This document shows positions 33,222 to 44,800 of a DNA stretch of 64,000 bases, piece by piece. The stretch lies in assembly GCA_014905635.1 (NCBI GenBank), contig JABVCE010000002.1, forward strand, positions 2,294,001-2,358,000. The letters run 5' to 3'. Source of the DNA: Scenedesmus sp. PABB004. Lineage: Eukaryota. The translations under genes were made by a program, and so were the position numbers. The notes under the pieces were generated by a model. The model was given only the letters and a program-made list of their open reading frames with translations. It searched no databases and was not told the DNA's origin. Numbering within the stretch: the stretch's first letter is position 1; every line of letters begins with the position of its first letter.

Positions 33222-34496
33222 GCCGGCAGCGGCGGGCGCCGGCCGTTGGCGGTCCGCGGGTCGGGCTGCTGCGCTGCCGCCACCGCTGCCGCCACCTGCG
33301 CCTGCTGGTGCAGCGCCTGCATGCTCGCCGCAAGCTCCGCCTGCTGCCGCTGCTGGCGCTGCACCAGCTCCGTGCCCGCCGGCGCCGCGGTGGCGACGGC
33401 GTCCGCCACGCCCTGCAGGTCCACCTGCGCGGCACGCCCGGCAGCGCGGCGCGGCGCGGCGCGGCGCGGCGGGTGAGCGTGCGCGCCCGCGCGCAGCGCC
33501 GGCGTCGCTCGCGCCTGCGCGCGTGCGCGCGCCGGCGCGCACCTCGGAGCCGGCCTGCCGGATCGTGTGCGCCGCGGCGAGGCGCTTCCACACGTGCTGC
33601 CAGATGTTCTGGACCTCCTTCTTGGTGACCGGCTTGACCAGGTACTCCTCGGCGCCGCCGCGGATGGCCTGGAAGACCGCTGCCTTCTCCTCGTTCGCCG
33701 ACATCACTGCGCGGCGCGGTGTTGTGTCGCGCGGCGCGCCGCGCGGCGCGGCTGCGGCTGCAGCTGCTGTGGCGCGGCGCAGCTTGGCGCGTGGGCTCAC
33801 TGATGACGGGCACGTCGGCCAGCGCCGCGCTGGAGCGGACATAGCGCAGAATGTCGAGGCCGTCCACCTCGGGCATCATCACGTCCTGGCGGGCGGCGGG
33901 CGGCGCCGCGGCGGGCGCGGCGAGGTGGTGAGGCACGCGCGGCCGGCGGCGGCGGCCCCGGCGCCGGCGACTGCCGGCGGCTGCCGGCGGCTGCTGGCCG
34001 GGCGGCGCAAGCGCTGCGCACCGTGAGGATGAGCTGGAACGTGCCGGGCAGCGAGCAGCGCAGCACGTCCAGCGCCGCCACGCCGCCATCGGCGACCGTC
34101 ACTGCGCGGCGCGGGCGCGGGAGGGCGGTGAGGGGCGGCGCAGGCGCCGGGCGTGGCTGCGGGGCCGTCGGCGCGCCGCGGCGGCGCGCCGGGCCGGGCG
34201 CCGCCGCTGGCCACAGCAGCGGCGGCGCTCCGCGCCGGCCCCCCGCCCGCGCGCCCGGTGCCGCCGCGCCGCCCGTGGCTCGCAGGCAAGGAGCCTGAAT
34301 TGCACGCGCGGTGTGGGGGCGCGGCGCGGGCGCCTGCGGCCGAGTCCGCACCTCGGTAGTCGCACTTGCGCAGCAGGTTGCCCACGACCACGCGTGAGAG
34401 CTGCTCGTCGTCCACCAGCAGCACGTGCACGTCCTGGGGCGCCAGGCCGCAGCCGTCGCCCAGGCCCGCTCCGGGCATCCCGCCCAGCGCGGCCAT
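30607..34496 (-). CDS. SPA1: SPA1-like light-signalling repressor (kinase-like + coiled coil + COP1-type WD40) with an N-terminal response-regulator receiver domain
   Basis: Receiver: HVLLVDDE..LLRKCDY|V..LILT|DVMMPEVDG..VPVI|MMSA..GAEEYLVKPV..NIWQHVW. Degenerate kinase: VRPSKLLL, YAPPE, FSLGLLYFDL, LLHPDPAARP. WD40: FDRDDEYVATAGVSKRIRIYEY, EHGKRAWAVDFS, GHKKAVSYVR, GHTNERNFIGL, GSETNEVYAY. Confidence 0.92.
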
Positions 34497-34781
34497 CGCG
34501 CGCCCGAGCGCGCGCTGCGTCTGCCCTGCTAGCCAACCATCATGTTGGCCAACCCGAGATGCCGCGCTGCGCGTTTGTGGGCGCTGCCTCGGCGACTGCT
34601 CGTGGGCGGTGCGGAGCGCTGCTGGCGTGCGGCGTGCAGCGTGGCGCTGGAGGGGCGCGCGTGTGTCGTGGGGAGCGTGCCGCGTTTCTGCCCGCGGTGC
34701 GTGCGCGGCGGCGAGACCTCCGCGCGAGCTGTGGTTGCCAGCGCCCGCGCCCGCTCGGCTCCCGCAGCCAGGAGTAGTCGC

Positions 34782-35635
34782 TTACGACGGTCGCCGCCAC
34801 CAGCTGCTGCTGCCACCCCCGCTCGCGCTCCCGGTGCCGTGCGCGGCGCGCTCCGCGTCCGCGGCCTCCTCGTGCGGCCGCCAGCGGCGCTCCTCGGGAG
34901 CCGCGCCCGCCCGGCGCGCGCCGCCCGCGCCCCCGCCCTGCTGCTGCAGCGGCGAGTTGAAGGCGTGCGACAGCTGCTCGTAGTGCGCCCGGAACGCCTC
35001 GTTCTCCGCCGTGCACCGCAGCGTGCCTGCGCGAGGGCGCGCGCGGCGCGGCGCGCGCGCTCGCGCGGCGCGCCGCGCGCGCGGCACCGCGGCCGGCGCG
35101 CGGCGCGGCTGACCGCGGCGGCGCGCACCGTAGTACATGTCTGCCAGCGGGCACATTATTGCGGCGACATAGAAGGGACGCTCCGTCTGCGCGGCAGCCG
35201 CGGCGCGCGCGTCGTCGGCGCGGGCCGCCGCGCCGGCGTGCGATGCAGCAGCGCCGGCGCGCTGCGCGGCGCACCCGGTACTTTATGCAGATGGGCAGCG
35301 TGATCACCAGCCCGCCTGCGCGCGTCGGCGCCGCCGCGGGCGCGCGTCGGCGCGTCGGCGCGGCGCCGCCGCCCGGCAGCGGCCGCGCGGAGGCCGGCGC
35401 GCGGCCGCCGCGCCGCCGGCCGGCCCCGCGCCGCGCGGCTGCCGCGGCGCTGCCGTCCGGCCGTGCGCAGCAGCACTGGGGCGGGGCGCGCACCGATGCT
35501 GAAGAACCACATGTTGTGCTGCAGGCAGTCGTCGAGCGCGTCGCGCAGCGCCTTGCCCTTCTCGTCCAGGAAGCCCGGCGGCAGCGCCGCCAGCACCGTC
35601 TTGCCCGTCTCGTCCTTGCTGCCCACGATGCCCAT
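34782..35635 (-). CDS. Small hypothetical membrane protein (4 exons)
   Basis: MGIVGSKDETGKTVL..DCLQHNMWFFSI|GGLVITLPICIKYR|TERPFYVAAIMCPLADMYY|GTLRCTAENEAFRAHYEQL..WWRRPS*. GT-AG junctions preserve frame. Confidence 0.7.
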
Positions 35636-36114
35636 CGCGCGGGCGCGGCGCGGCCGGGCGGCGGGGGAGCGGCGGGGCCGGCGCTGCTGGTGCGGGGGTG
35701 GCCGGGCGCGGCGGCTCGCGGCGGCGGCGCGTGCCCCGTCGGCGAGCGCTGGAGCAGGAGCCTGGCAGAGCGCTGGCGCACGGGCGCACGCGGGCAGGGC
35801 TGCCGCTGGCCGACGCCGCCGCCGCCGCCGCTGCTGCTGCTGCTGCTGCTCCTGCCGCCTCTCCGGCCGCGCGCGGGGCTGGGGTCCGGGCGCGACGTGC
35901 AGCTCACGGTCGGCGCGGCCGTCAGCGCGCTGCAAGACGGGGCGGCGGGGCGGCGACGGCGTGCCGGCGGCGCCAGCAGCGAGAGCGCGACGCGGGCGGC
36001 TCGTGCGGCCGCTGCGATCGCTGAGCGGAGCTCGGTGCGGCGCGAATGCTGGGTGGCCACGAGGGGCGGCGCACGCTCGAACGCGTCGCGCGGTTGCCGC
36101 AAAACCGCGCCTCC

Positions 36115-39100
36115 TCACGCCGCGACGACGGCCCCGCCACCGCCAAAAAAGTGCGCGCGCGCGGCCGCGGCGTCGGGCCAGGTGCCGACCAGGTGCGGCC
36201 GCATGAGGCGATACACGGCGGCAAAGGCGCCGCCGTCGCGGGCCGCGGCGGCGGCCTCGAGGAACGACGCGGCGGGGACGCCGACCGCGGCGACGCCGCC
36301 CGCGGCGCGCGCGAGCCGCGCCGCCTGCAGCACCTGGCCCATCGCCAGCAGCTCGCGCACGAGCGCCGACGTGGAGGCGCGCCCGCCCGCGGCGCCGTCC
36401 GCGGCGCCGCCTGAGCCCCCGCCGCCGCCGACTGGGCGCAGCTCTGGCACGGCCTGGCGCGACATGACGTCCAGCGCCAGCTCAGCGGCGATGGCCGCGC
36501 CGGGCCCGCCCGCGCCGTCGGCGCCGCCGCGGCGCGACACCTCGAGCAGGTGCGCCGCGAGCGCGGGCGAGCCCGCGCCGGGCTGGCTGTAGAGCAGCTG
36601 CACCGCCTGGTAGGCCTGGCCCTGCTGCAGCAGCAGGTCCACGCCCAGCGTCTGCACGTACGGCGGCGGCGGCACGCCCGCCGCGTCCGACGCGGCGCAA
36701 TACTCAGCGACCGCCGCCTGCGCGCGCGCGTGGGCGGGCGGTGAGCGTGCGCTGGGCGGGCGGTGAGCGCGCGCCGGGCGCAGCCCGAGGCCTGCGCGCC
36801 GCGCCCTCCGCCGCCGACGCGCGCCTGCAGGTACAGGGCGTCCACGAGCTCCTCGTCGTGCACCCACTGGAAGAGCTCGCGCGCCAGCGCCGCCGGCGTG
36901 ACGACCGCGACCGCGGGCACGCCCGGCCCCGCCGCCGGCGCGGCGGCGACGGCGCCGGCGCGCCCCCGGCGCGGCCGAGCGCCTCGGCGTGTGCCTGCGG
37001 GGCGAGCGGGGCGAGCGCACGGGCGAGCGCGCGAGCGCGGACGCGCGCTGGTCAGGCGCGGGCACGCGGGTGCGCGCGGGCGCCGTCCGCTGCGCGGCTG
37101 CCGTGCGCTGCGCGGCTGCCGTGCGGCGCGCGCCGACTCGGCCCCGTGCGCGTGGCGCCCCCGTGCGCGCCTGCAGCAGGCTGTCGAAGATCGCGCGCAC
37201 GACGCCGAGCGGCACGCGCTCCTGCAGCGCGCCGCGCGCGACGCCCATGAGCAGGCGCCGCGCGTCGGCCGCGAGCGGCGCGCCCGGCGGCAGGCTGTGC
37301 CGGCGCAGCAGGAAGCCCACGAGCGCGGGCCAGTCCTCGGCCGAGTCGGCGATCGCCTGCGCACGGCGTGTCGCGCGGCGCCGCGCCGCGTCAGTGGGCG
37401 GCGCGCGCGGGCGCCGGCGCCGGGCGCCCGGGCGCGCGCGCCGCGCCGCGCCGCGCCTGCAGGTCGAGCTGCAGCCGGCCCACGCTGTTGGTGGCGGCGT
37501 CGTGGATGACGCAGGGCATGTGGTAGCGCCACGCCGCCGCGTGCTGCACCTCGCTCGACTCGTACACCTCGGCGCCGCCGCTGCTGCCGCCGTCGGGCGC
37601 CCCCGCCGCGCCGCCGCCGCCGCCGCTGCTGCTGCCCGCGCCGCCGTCCCGGCCCGCCGCCGCTGCCGCCGCCGCGGCCGCGAGCGCAGGCGGCAGCAGC
37701 GCGAGGCGGCGCAGCGGCAGCGGGTTGGCGACGTGCGCGGCGGTGGGCAGCGCGACGTCAAAGATCATCGCGACGGACGTGTCGGGCAGGTGCACGACGA
37801 GCGCGTTGTCCACGACGCTCAGCGCCACCGCCGGCGTGGGGAGCTCGTACACGTGCTGCAGGATGATGGTGTCTGTGTAGAAGCGGTACAGCTCCAGCGC
37901 CGCGCCGCCGCCGCCGCCGGCGCCGCCGCCGGGGCCGCGCGCGTCGGCGTGCGCGAGGTACACGCGGCCGTACATCTTCAGCAGCCACAGGCGCTCGGGG
38001 CGAGGCCGCGGTGCGGGCCGCCGCCGCCGCCGGCGGCGCCGCCGCCCAGCGCCGCCGCGGCGGCGGCGGCGGCAGCGGCGGCGGCGGAGCGGGCGGCGCC
38101 CCGTCGCCGGGCGCGGGCGCGGGCGCGGGCGACGGCGCGGCGGGCTGCGGCGGCGGCGGCAGCGGCGGCTGCTGGAAGGGGCCGGACGCCGGCAGGAACT
38201 GGCGCACCGCCGCGGACGCTGGCAGCGGGCCCTGCGCGATGGCGGGCGCGGCGCGGTCAGCGGGCGGCGGCACGCATGCCCCGCCCTGCGGCGACGCGCG
38301 CGCAGCCGAGCGGCCGGCCCGCCGGCGCCCCCGTGCGTGTGCCGCGCGGCGCGCGCGCGCCTGCAGCTCAAACGTCGGCAGCTGCGTGATGCCGTGGCTC
38401 GCAAACTGCCACGCCATGAGCGCGCTGCGCGGCGGCGCGGCCGCGCCGACGAGCACCATGCGCGTCTCGTACGTGTAGTGCGCCCACGCCGCCGCGCAGC
38501 GGATGCGCTCGCGGACGCGCAGGCCCTGGCGCCTGCGGCGCGGGCCGGGCCGGGTCGGACCGGGCCGGGCCACGTCGGCGGGGCCAGCGCGCTCGCTGCG
38601 CGCGCGCGCGCCGCCCGGCCGCGCAGCCCGCCCGCCCGGCCCCGCTCGCTCGCCGCCGCCGCGGCCGCCGCACCGCGCGGCAAACTGCGTGAGCTCGACC
38701 GCGCGGCTCGTGACGACGACGAGGTCTGTGTCGGGCGCGTCGGTGAAGAAGAAGGCCAGAATCTCGCCGCGGCCCTTGTGGATGCTGTGCGCGAAGCACA
38801 GCCCGCTCGCGAGGTCGACGAGCTCCAGCAGCGCCGCGCTGCGCTGCACCGCGAGTAGCCGGTTGTCCAGCGACGGCCGCAGCGCGAGCACGGGCGGGCC
38901 CTCCTGCGCGGCGCGCGGCGCGCGGCGCGCGGGTGAGGGGCTCGGCGGCCGCGTGTGCAGGCCCTGCAGCCGCGCGCGCGGGCCCCGCGGCGCCGCAGCC
39001 GCGCGGGCGGGCCCCGCGCCGCCGCCCGCACCTGCAGCGGGTACATCCAGCGCAGGCTGCTGTCGCCGGCGGGGCCCTTGGAGACGTCGTAGGCAAACAC

Positions 39101-39361
39101 ATGCCCGCCCTGGCGCCGCCGCGGCACAGGGACGGTCGGCTGGCCGGGCCGGCGCGGCGGCGGGCAGCGGCCACGCCCGCCCCCAACCGCGGCCCTTGCT
39201 GTGGCCTAAACCCTCACCTTGACGACGAGGAGCTGCTGCGTCGTGTCGTCGTAGCTTGAGAACGCGACCTCCTCGTGCGCGAGCGGCGGGCCGAGGTCGA
39301 GCACATGCACGTGCGCGACGCCGCCGCCGCCGCCCGCCGCGCCGCCGCCCGGCGCCGCCAT
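36115..39361 (-). CDS. RMC1: Regulator of MON1-CCZ1 complex (Mic1 domain protein)
   Basis: YDDTTQQLLVV, EGPPVLALRPSLDNRLLAVQRS, ILAFFFTD..DLVVVT..VEL, WAHYTYETRMVLVG, LLKMYGRVYLAH, LYRFYTD, ALSVVDNALVVH and a C-terminal VRELLAMGQVLQAARL. Confidence 0.88.
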
Positions 39362-39460
39362 GGCGCGGCCGCCGCCTGGCTGCTGCGCCGTCGCGGCTGC
39401 CTGGCCGCCTGGCGGCGCGGTCCCGCCTGAACCCTCTCTCTCACGCAGGGGGGTTCAGGG

Positions 39461-40066
39461 TCAGAGCGCGAGGATGAAGGCTTTGATGCGGGTCAGCAGC
39501 TCTGCCTTGACGCTGTCCGGCACCGCCGCGCGGCCCTCGGGCCGGACGAAGCGCGCGATCTCCTCGGCGCTCGCGCCGTCGGGGCCGCACGTCGACAGGT
39601 ACTCTGCGGCGGCGGCGCGCGCCGGCGTGGCGCCGCGGCGGCGGCCGCCGGCTGGGCGGGGCCCGCAGCACGCGGCGCGCGCTCGCAGGACGGGCGGCGG
39701 CGGGGGCAGGCAGGCAGCACGGCGGCGGCCTCGCACCGCGGCAGCGCGCCTTGACCTCGTCGCGCCAGCCGCACTCGGTGAGCTTGTCGCGCAGCAGCGC
39801 CTTCAGCCGGTCGCGCTCGCCCGACTTGATGAGCTGCGCGGCGGCGCGGCGGCGCGGCGGCGGTCGGGGGGCTGCTGGGTGCTGCTGGGGGGCCGAGCCC
39901 CCGGCGGCGCCACGCCCTCGAGGCCCGGCCGCGCCGCGCGCCGCCGCCGTGCGCCGCCGCCGTGCGCCGTGCGCCGCCGTCTTGCGCCGCGCCGCCGGCG
40001 CGCGCCGCGCCGCGCCTGCTGTCTGATCCTGGCCTCCAGGTCGCTGGGCTCCTTGGGCTGGCTCAT
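39461..40066 (-). CDS. ENY2: Transcription and mRNA export factor ENY2/Sus1
   Basis: [76 protein letters not shown], the classic ENY2 sequence pattern. Confidence 0.95.
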
Positions 40067-40489
40067 GGCGCCGGGAGCATGCTGCGGGCGGGCGGGCGGG
40101 CGGCGGCGAGCAGCACCAGCGAAAGGGCTCGCAGCTGGCGGTGCGGAGGGCGGCAGGCCTCGCCGGAACGCCGTCAGGGCAGCCGCTGCACGGGGGTCGT
40201 CGGTGAGGGCGGCGACGAGCACGCACGCGACGCCCAGCGACAGTCGGGCCAAACCGCGCTGCCGCTCCCGCTCCCGCCCCTGGCGCCCTGGGGCTGCGAC
40301 ACCGATGCTCGGCGTCGCCCAGCCGTCGCCCGATCAGCCCCCGTGCGGAACGCTTTCGCGGCTCTCTGCGCCTGCAGCAGTGCAGACCGCCCCGCGCGCC
40401 CTCGCCACGCCCCAGCCGCTCCCGCAGCGCCCCAAGCCGGGCCCCAGCAGCGCACGGGCGACCGGGCGTGTGTGGGCGCGCGCAGCGGC

Positions 40490-41233
40490 ATGGCGCACAG
40501 CGCCGCGCGCGGCGCGGCGGCGCCGACAGCAGCGGCGGCAGCGGCGCCGCGCCTGCGGCGGCGCGCGGGGCCCGCCGGGCGCCTCCGCGCCTCCTCCGGC
40601 GGCACGCCGGGCCTGCCCAGCGACAGCCTGGCCAGCGAGTTCAGCGCGCACATCAACGAGCTGCAGCTCAAGGCGCCGCTGCAGCACCGCCGGCCGTCGC
40701 CGCTCGACCCGCCCACGGCCGCGGTCGCGGCGCAGCTGGACGCGCTGCAGATCAACGACTGGTGCGGCGCGCGCCGCACGGGGTGGCAGGGCGGCGCGGC
40801 GCAGCGGCGGCGGTGCGCCGACGTCCCGCGCGCCGCCGCCGCCCGCGCGCGCGCCCCCGCCCGCCCGCCCGCCCGCCCAGGCCGGAGCCGGACGCGGGCG
40901 TACAGACGGCGCTCGCGTTTGCCAAGCCGTTTGACTGCGAGCAGCTGCACGCAGCGCCGCCGGGGCACGGCGGCCCCGCCGGCGACGGCGGCGGCGTCGG
41001 CGGCGGCGGCGAGGCCGTGCGCGTGCGCAGCTGGGCGGCCGCGGAGCAGTGGCTCAGCCCGGCCGCGTTTGCGGCGCAGCTGCACAGCCCGCCGTACAAC
41101 GTGCTGCTGGGCGCAGACAGCTGGCGCGCGTGCAGCAGCATGGTCTTCCCGCCGACGCGCGCGGGGCAGCGCGCGGTGCAGGCGGTCGAGGTGCTTGCGG
41201 CCGCGCGGCAGCCGACCGGCGCGCCGAGCAGCG

Positions 41234-41264
<31 letters not shown>

Positions 41265-41388
41265 CGGGCGCGGCGGCGGCGCGACGCAGAAGTTCACGTT
41301 CACCTTTTGCCTCGAGCTCATCGGCAGCGGGCCCTACAAAGGCTGCTGGATGACCGTAGGCGTCCGGCCGGGCAATTATTCGGTCTGA
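40490..41388 (+). CDS. DUF4864-like / NTF2-like conserved protein, probably plastid-targeted
   Basis: [76 protein letters not shown] follows at 41559. Confidence 0.75.
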
Positions 41389-41558
41389 GCGCACGCCGCG
41401 GCCGTGTGCCTTGTGCTTGACGGCGGCCGCTGGCATGTCCGCACATGCACAGTGTGTTACTTTGTACTTTTGGGCCAGCCCGACGCGCGGTTTTGCCCCG
41501 CGGGGCTCGCGCCGGGCCGGCCAAGGCCGTTGCATGCGTGCCATGTCTCTGGTTCGGT

Positions 41559-41563
41559 TGTAA
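41559..41563 (+). promoter_or_regulatory. TGTAA polyadenylation signal
   Basis: Chlorophyte UGUAA signal about 170 nt downstream of the stop at 41388. Confidence 0.65.
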
Positions 41564-41845
41564 CTCACGCAAACGTCGGATATCCTCGACGCCGTTCACA
41601 CACCGCCGCCGCCGGGGCAGACCTGCGCCCTCTTGCTCCGGAGCAAGACAAGACAAGGGAGTGCAACGCTGCGCCACGCTGCGCCCCCACTGACGGCCCA
41701 CCGACACCAGTGCTGTGCGTTGAGAGATCTGTGCACGCGCGTGTGAAAGGCCAGTTCGAAGCATCCCGCGCGTCAGGCACAGGCGCACCGTTTCAATGCA
41801 ACGCGACGCGGCGGACAGCCCAATCGACACGGGCCGCACAAGGGA

Positions 41846-44800
41846 TCACGAGAAGAGTGCAGCGCCGCCGAGCGCGCTTGGCAGCGCAACGACCGCCGGC
41901 GTCGCAAACGCGCCCGTCCGCGGCGCGACGCACACGCCCTTGCCGCGCGGCGGCTCGGCCGGCAGCGCGCGGCCCGCGTGGCAGGCCGCGGCAAAGCTGA
42001 CCAGGGCGGCCGGGCGCGAGGCGCCCTTGAAGGCAAAGCAGCCGACGTGGCTGACCTGCACCGGGACGGCCACCGGCGGCGCGGCGGCGGCGCGCGCAAA
42101 GCTGGTCTGCGCCGTGAAGCGCGGCGCCAGGGCGGCGCCACCGCGCGCGCCGCTGCCGTCCGCCTGCGCGGCCGCGAGCGGCTCCGGCGCGGGCTCCGGC
42201 GCGGGCTCCGGCGTGGGCGCGCGCCCCTCGCCGCCTGCCGCCGGGGCGTGCCGGGCTCCGCGGCGGGCGCGTCGGCGGCGCCGCCGTCGCTGCGCCCCGC
42301 ACCGCGCGCCTGCCAGCACGCCAGCACAGCCTTGGCGAGCGCCGTGTCTGAGACGACCTGCCCGCCGTGCGCGGCGGCGTCCGTGATGCGCGCGGCGGAG
42401 TTGACCGCAGCGCCGCAATAATCGGCCCTGCCGCGCGCGTCCGGAGCGATGCTGGCGGGCGAGCCCTGCGCGAGGCCCATGCGCAGACGCGGCCCCCGGA
42501 ACACGAGCCTGCCCGCCGCGTCGTGCTGGGGGCACAGCCAGCGCAGGCCGAGCAGGGACGGCGGCCACGGCACCCACAGAGCCGCCTCCTGAACGAGCAG
42601 CGCCCACTCCACCGCACCCGCGGGCGAGGCAAAGGCGGCGAGGAAGCGCAGCTCGCCCTGCTGCGCGCGGCACAGGTACGACCCCGGCACCTGCTGCACC
42701 GCCTCCAGCAGCAGGCGGTGCAGCAGCAGGTGCATGTCGCGCAGGCCGGGGTAGCGGTGGAGCTGCAGCTGCTGGCTGCCCTCCACGGCGACGAAGCAAA
42801 AGGTGACGGGCGGGAACGCCGGCGCGCCCGGCCGCCGCAGCCCGCCCGCGCCGCGGCTGTCCTCCGCCTGGCTGCCCGGGCGCGCCGTCCACTGCCAGCT
42901 GCAGTTGAGCGACGCCGCGCGCAGGGCCGCGAGCTGCTGGCTGCTGCCCGAGGCGGCGCTGCCGGCGGCCGGCGCGCCGCCGTCCGACGGCTGCGGCGAC
43001 GACGGGCTGGCGCCCTGCAGCAGCCTGCTCTGCGCCTCCCCTCCCGCCACGAGCTCGCACAGGCCTGCGTCGCGCAGCGCAGCGCGGCGCGGCGGCGCCG
43101 CGCGTCGGCGGCCGTGCGGCGGGCGCTGCGGCGGGCGCCGCCTCGCGTGCGCGCGCATCCTCCCCTTCCGACGCTCAAGCCCCGCGCCCCCACCTGGCGC
43201 CGCAAAGTAGGGCTGGTCCAGGCAGCGCCAGCCGTCAGGGATGCCCAGCGTGTTGCCGAAGAGTGCCGCGCGGCCGGTCAGCGACGGCGGCAGCAGCTGG
43301 TACAGCCGCACTGTCCCGCCCGGCGTGCCGCCGCTGGCGACGCTGACGCAGCTGTGCTCGCCGGCGCTCAGCAGCGAGCCCTGCCGGCGCTGCCAGCTGC
43401 CGGCGCTGCCGATGCTCGGCCCCAGGCGCCGCAGGTGGGTGCGCACCGCCTCGCTGAACGACGCGGCGCGCGCGGCCGAGGCGCCGCAGTCGAGCTGCAG
43501 CTGGCGGCGCAGCGCGCTCGGGCCGGACAGCAGGTCGCCGCCGTCGGCGACGTCAACCGGCAGCACCTGCAGCGCCAGCTCGCCCGCCTCGCACGACGCC
43601 GCGCGCACGCTGGCGCTGCGCCCCGGCCAGAGCGGCGCGGTCTGATACAAGCCCATGTCCAGCGCCACCGCGTCCTGGGGCGCCCCGGTGGAGCCCGCCT
43701 TGGCGTGCGCGCGCCGCAGGCTGCGCGGGCGCGGGCGGGGCGCGGGGGCGCGGGCGGGGCGCGGTCAGCGTGTCAGTGCGCTGCGGCCTGGCCAGCCAGG
43801 GGCCGGCCCGCGCGCTGCGCACGCACCAGCCGGCGCGGCGCGAGGGCAGCGACCGAAGGCGCCAGCCCTGCGGCCCGACGAGCCCGAGGCGGTGCAGCTG
43901 GTCACGCACGGCGGCAAAGGTCACGGCGTCAATAAGAACCTGCCCGCCGTTGGCGCAGTCGCTCACAGCTGCGGCGCGGGGTGGCGCGGGACGCGGCAGC
44001 GGTCAGCGCCCGCCGCGCAGCGAGCTTGGGCGGCGGGGCGGCAAACGGCGCCCGGCGGGCGCGGGCGCGCGGGCGGGCGCGCGGTGCGCACCCCGCGCGG
44101 CCGCGTAGGCCGCTGTGGACTCGATGGCTTCGCCCCTGTGCACCGTGCCGCTGCCGATGCCGATGCGGACGCGCAGGCCGGCGAAGAGCGGCGGCCCGCT
44201 CGCGCCGCCCGCCTGGAGCAGGTGCCGCCACCACTGCCGCCGCACCGCCGACTTGGGCGACAGCGCCCCGGCGCTGCTCCCGCAGCTGGGCGCGCCGGGC
44301 ACAAGCGCTCCGGCCGACGGCGGCGTGCTGAGCGGCAGGGCTGTGACGCCGCAGGCCTCGGACACCGTGCTGCCGCTCCAGCCGCACAGCGAGCGCAGGC
44401 CGCGCGGAGCGCCCTGCTTGGCGCCGCCGCCGCCGCTGCTGCCGCTGCTCTTGCGCTCGACGCCCTCGGCGGCGACCGCGGCGGCGCGCAGCTGGCCGAG
44501 CTGCTTCGCCAGCCAGCTGCCCGCGCGCGGCGCGGCGGGGCGCCCGTCGGGGGCCGCCAGGCCGCCCTCCTCCTCCTCAATGCTGTCGTGCGCGGCCGCG
44601 CCGCCGTTGGCCAGCCACACCGAGCCCGGGCGGGCGCAGGCGCTGAGCGCGCGGCCCATGCCGTGCCCGCTCGCGCTGCCCAGCCCCGCCGCCAGCTCCA
44701 CGTCGCCCGGCTCGCTCCAGCGCTGCCCCGGCGCGCCGCTGGCCAGCGGCGCCGACTTGGCTGCCAGCGGCGGCGCGGCGCCGGGGCCCCTGCCGCCGTC

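Noticed and set aside
39206..39215. Telomere-like CCTAAACCCT (also CTGAACCCT at about 19731-19759 and 39427)
   Set aside because: Single or degenerate units only, which is insufficient for an interstitial telomere or a functional telo-box claim.
42237..42302. Frame change near the end of the cyclase gene
   Set aside because: Resolved by a normal phase-1 GT-AG intron (G|gtgcgg...cggcag|GC).
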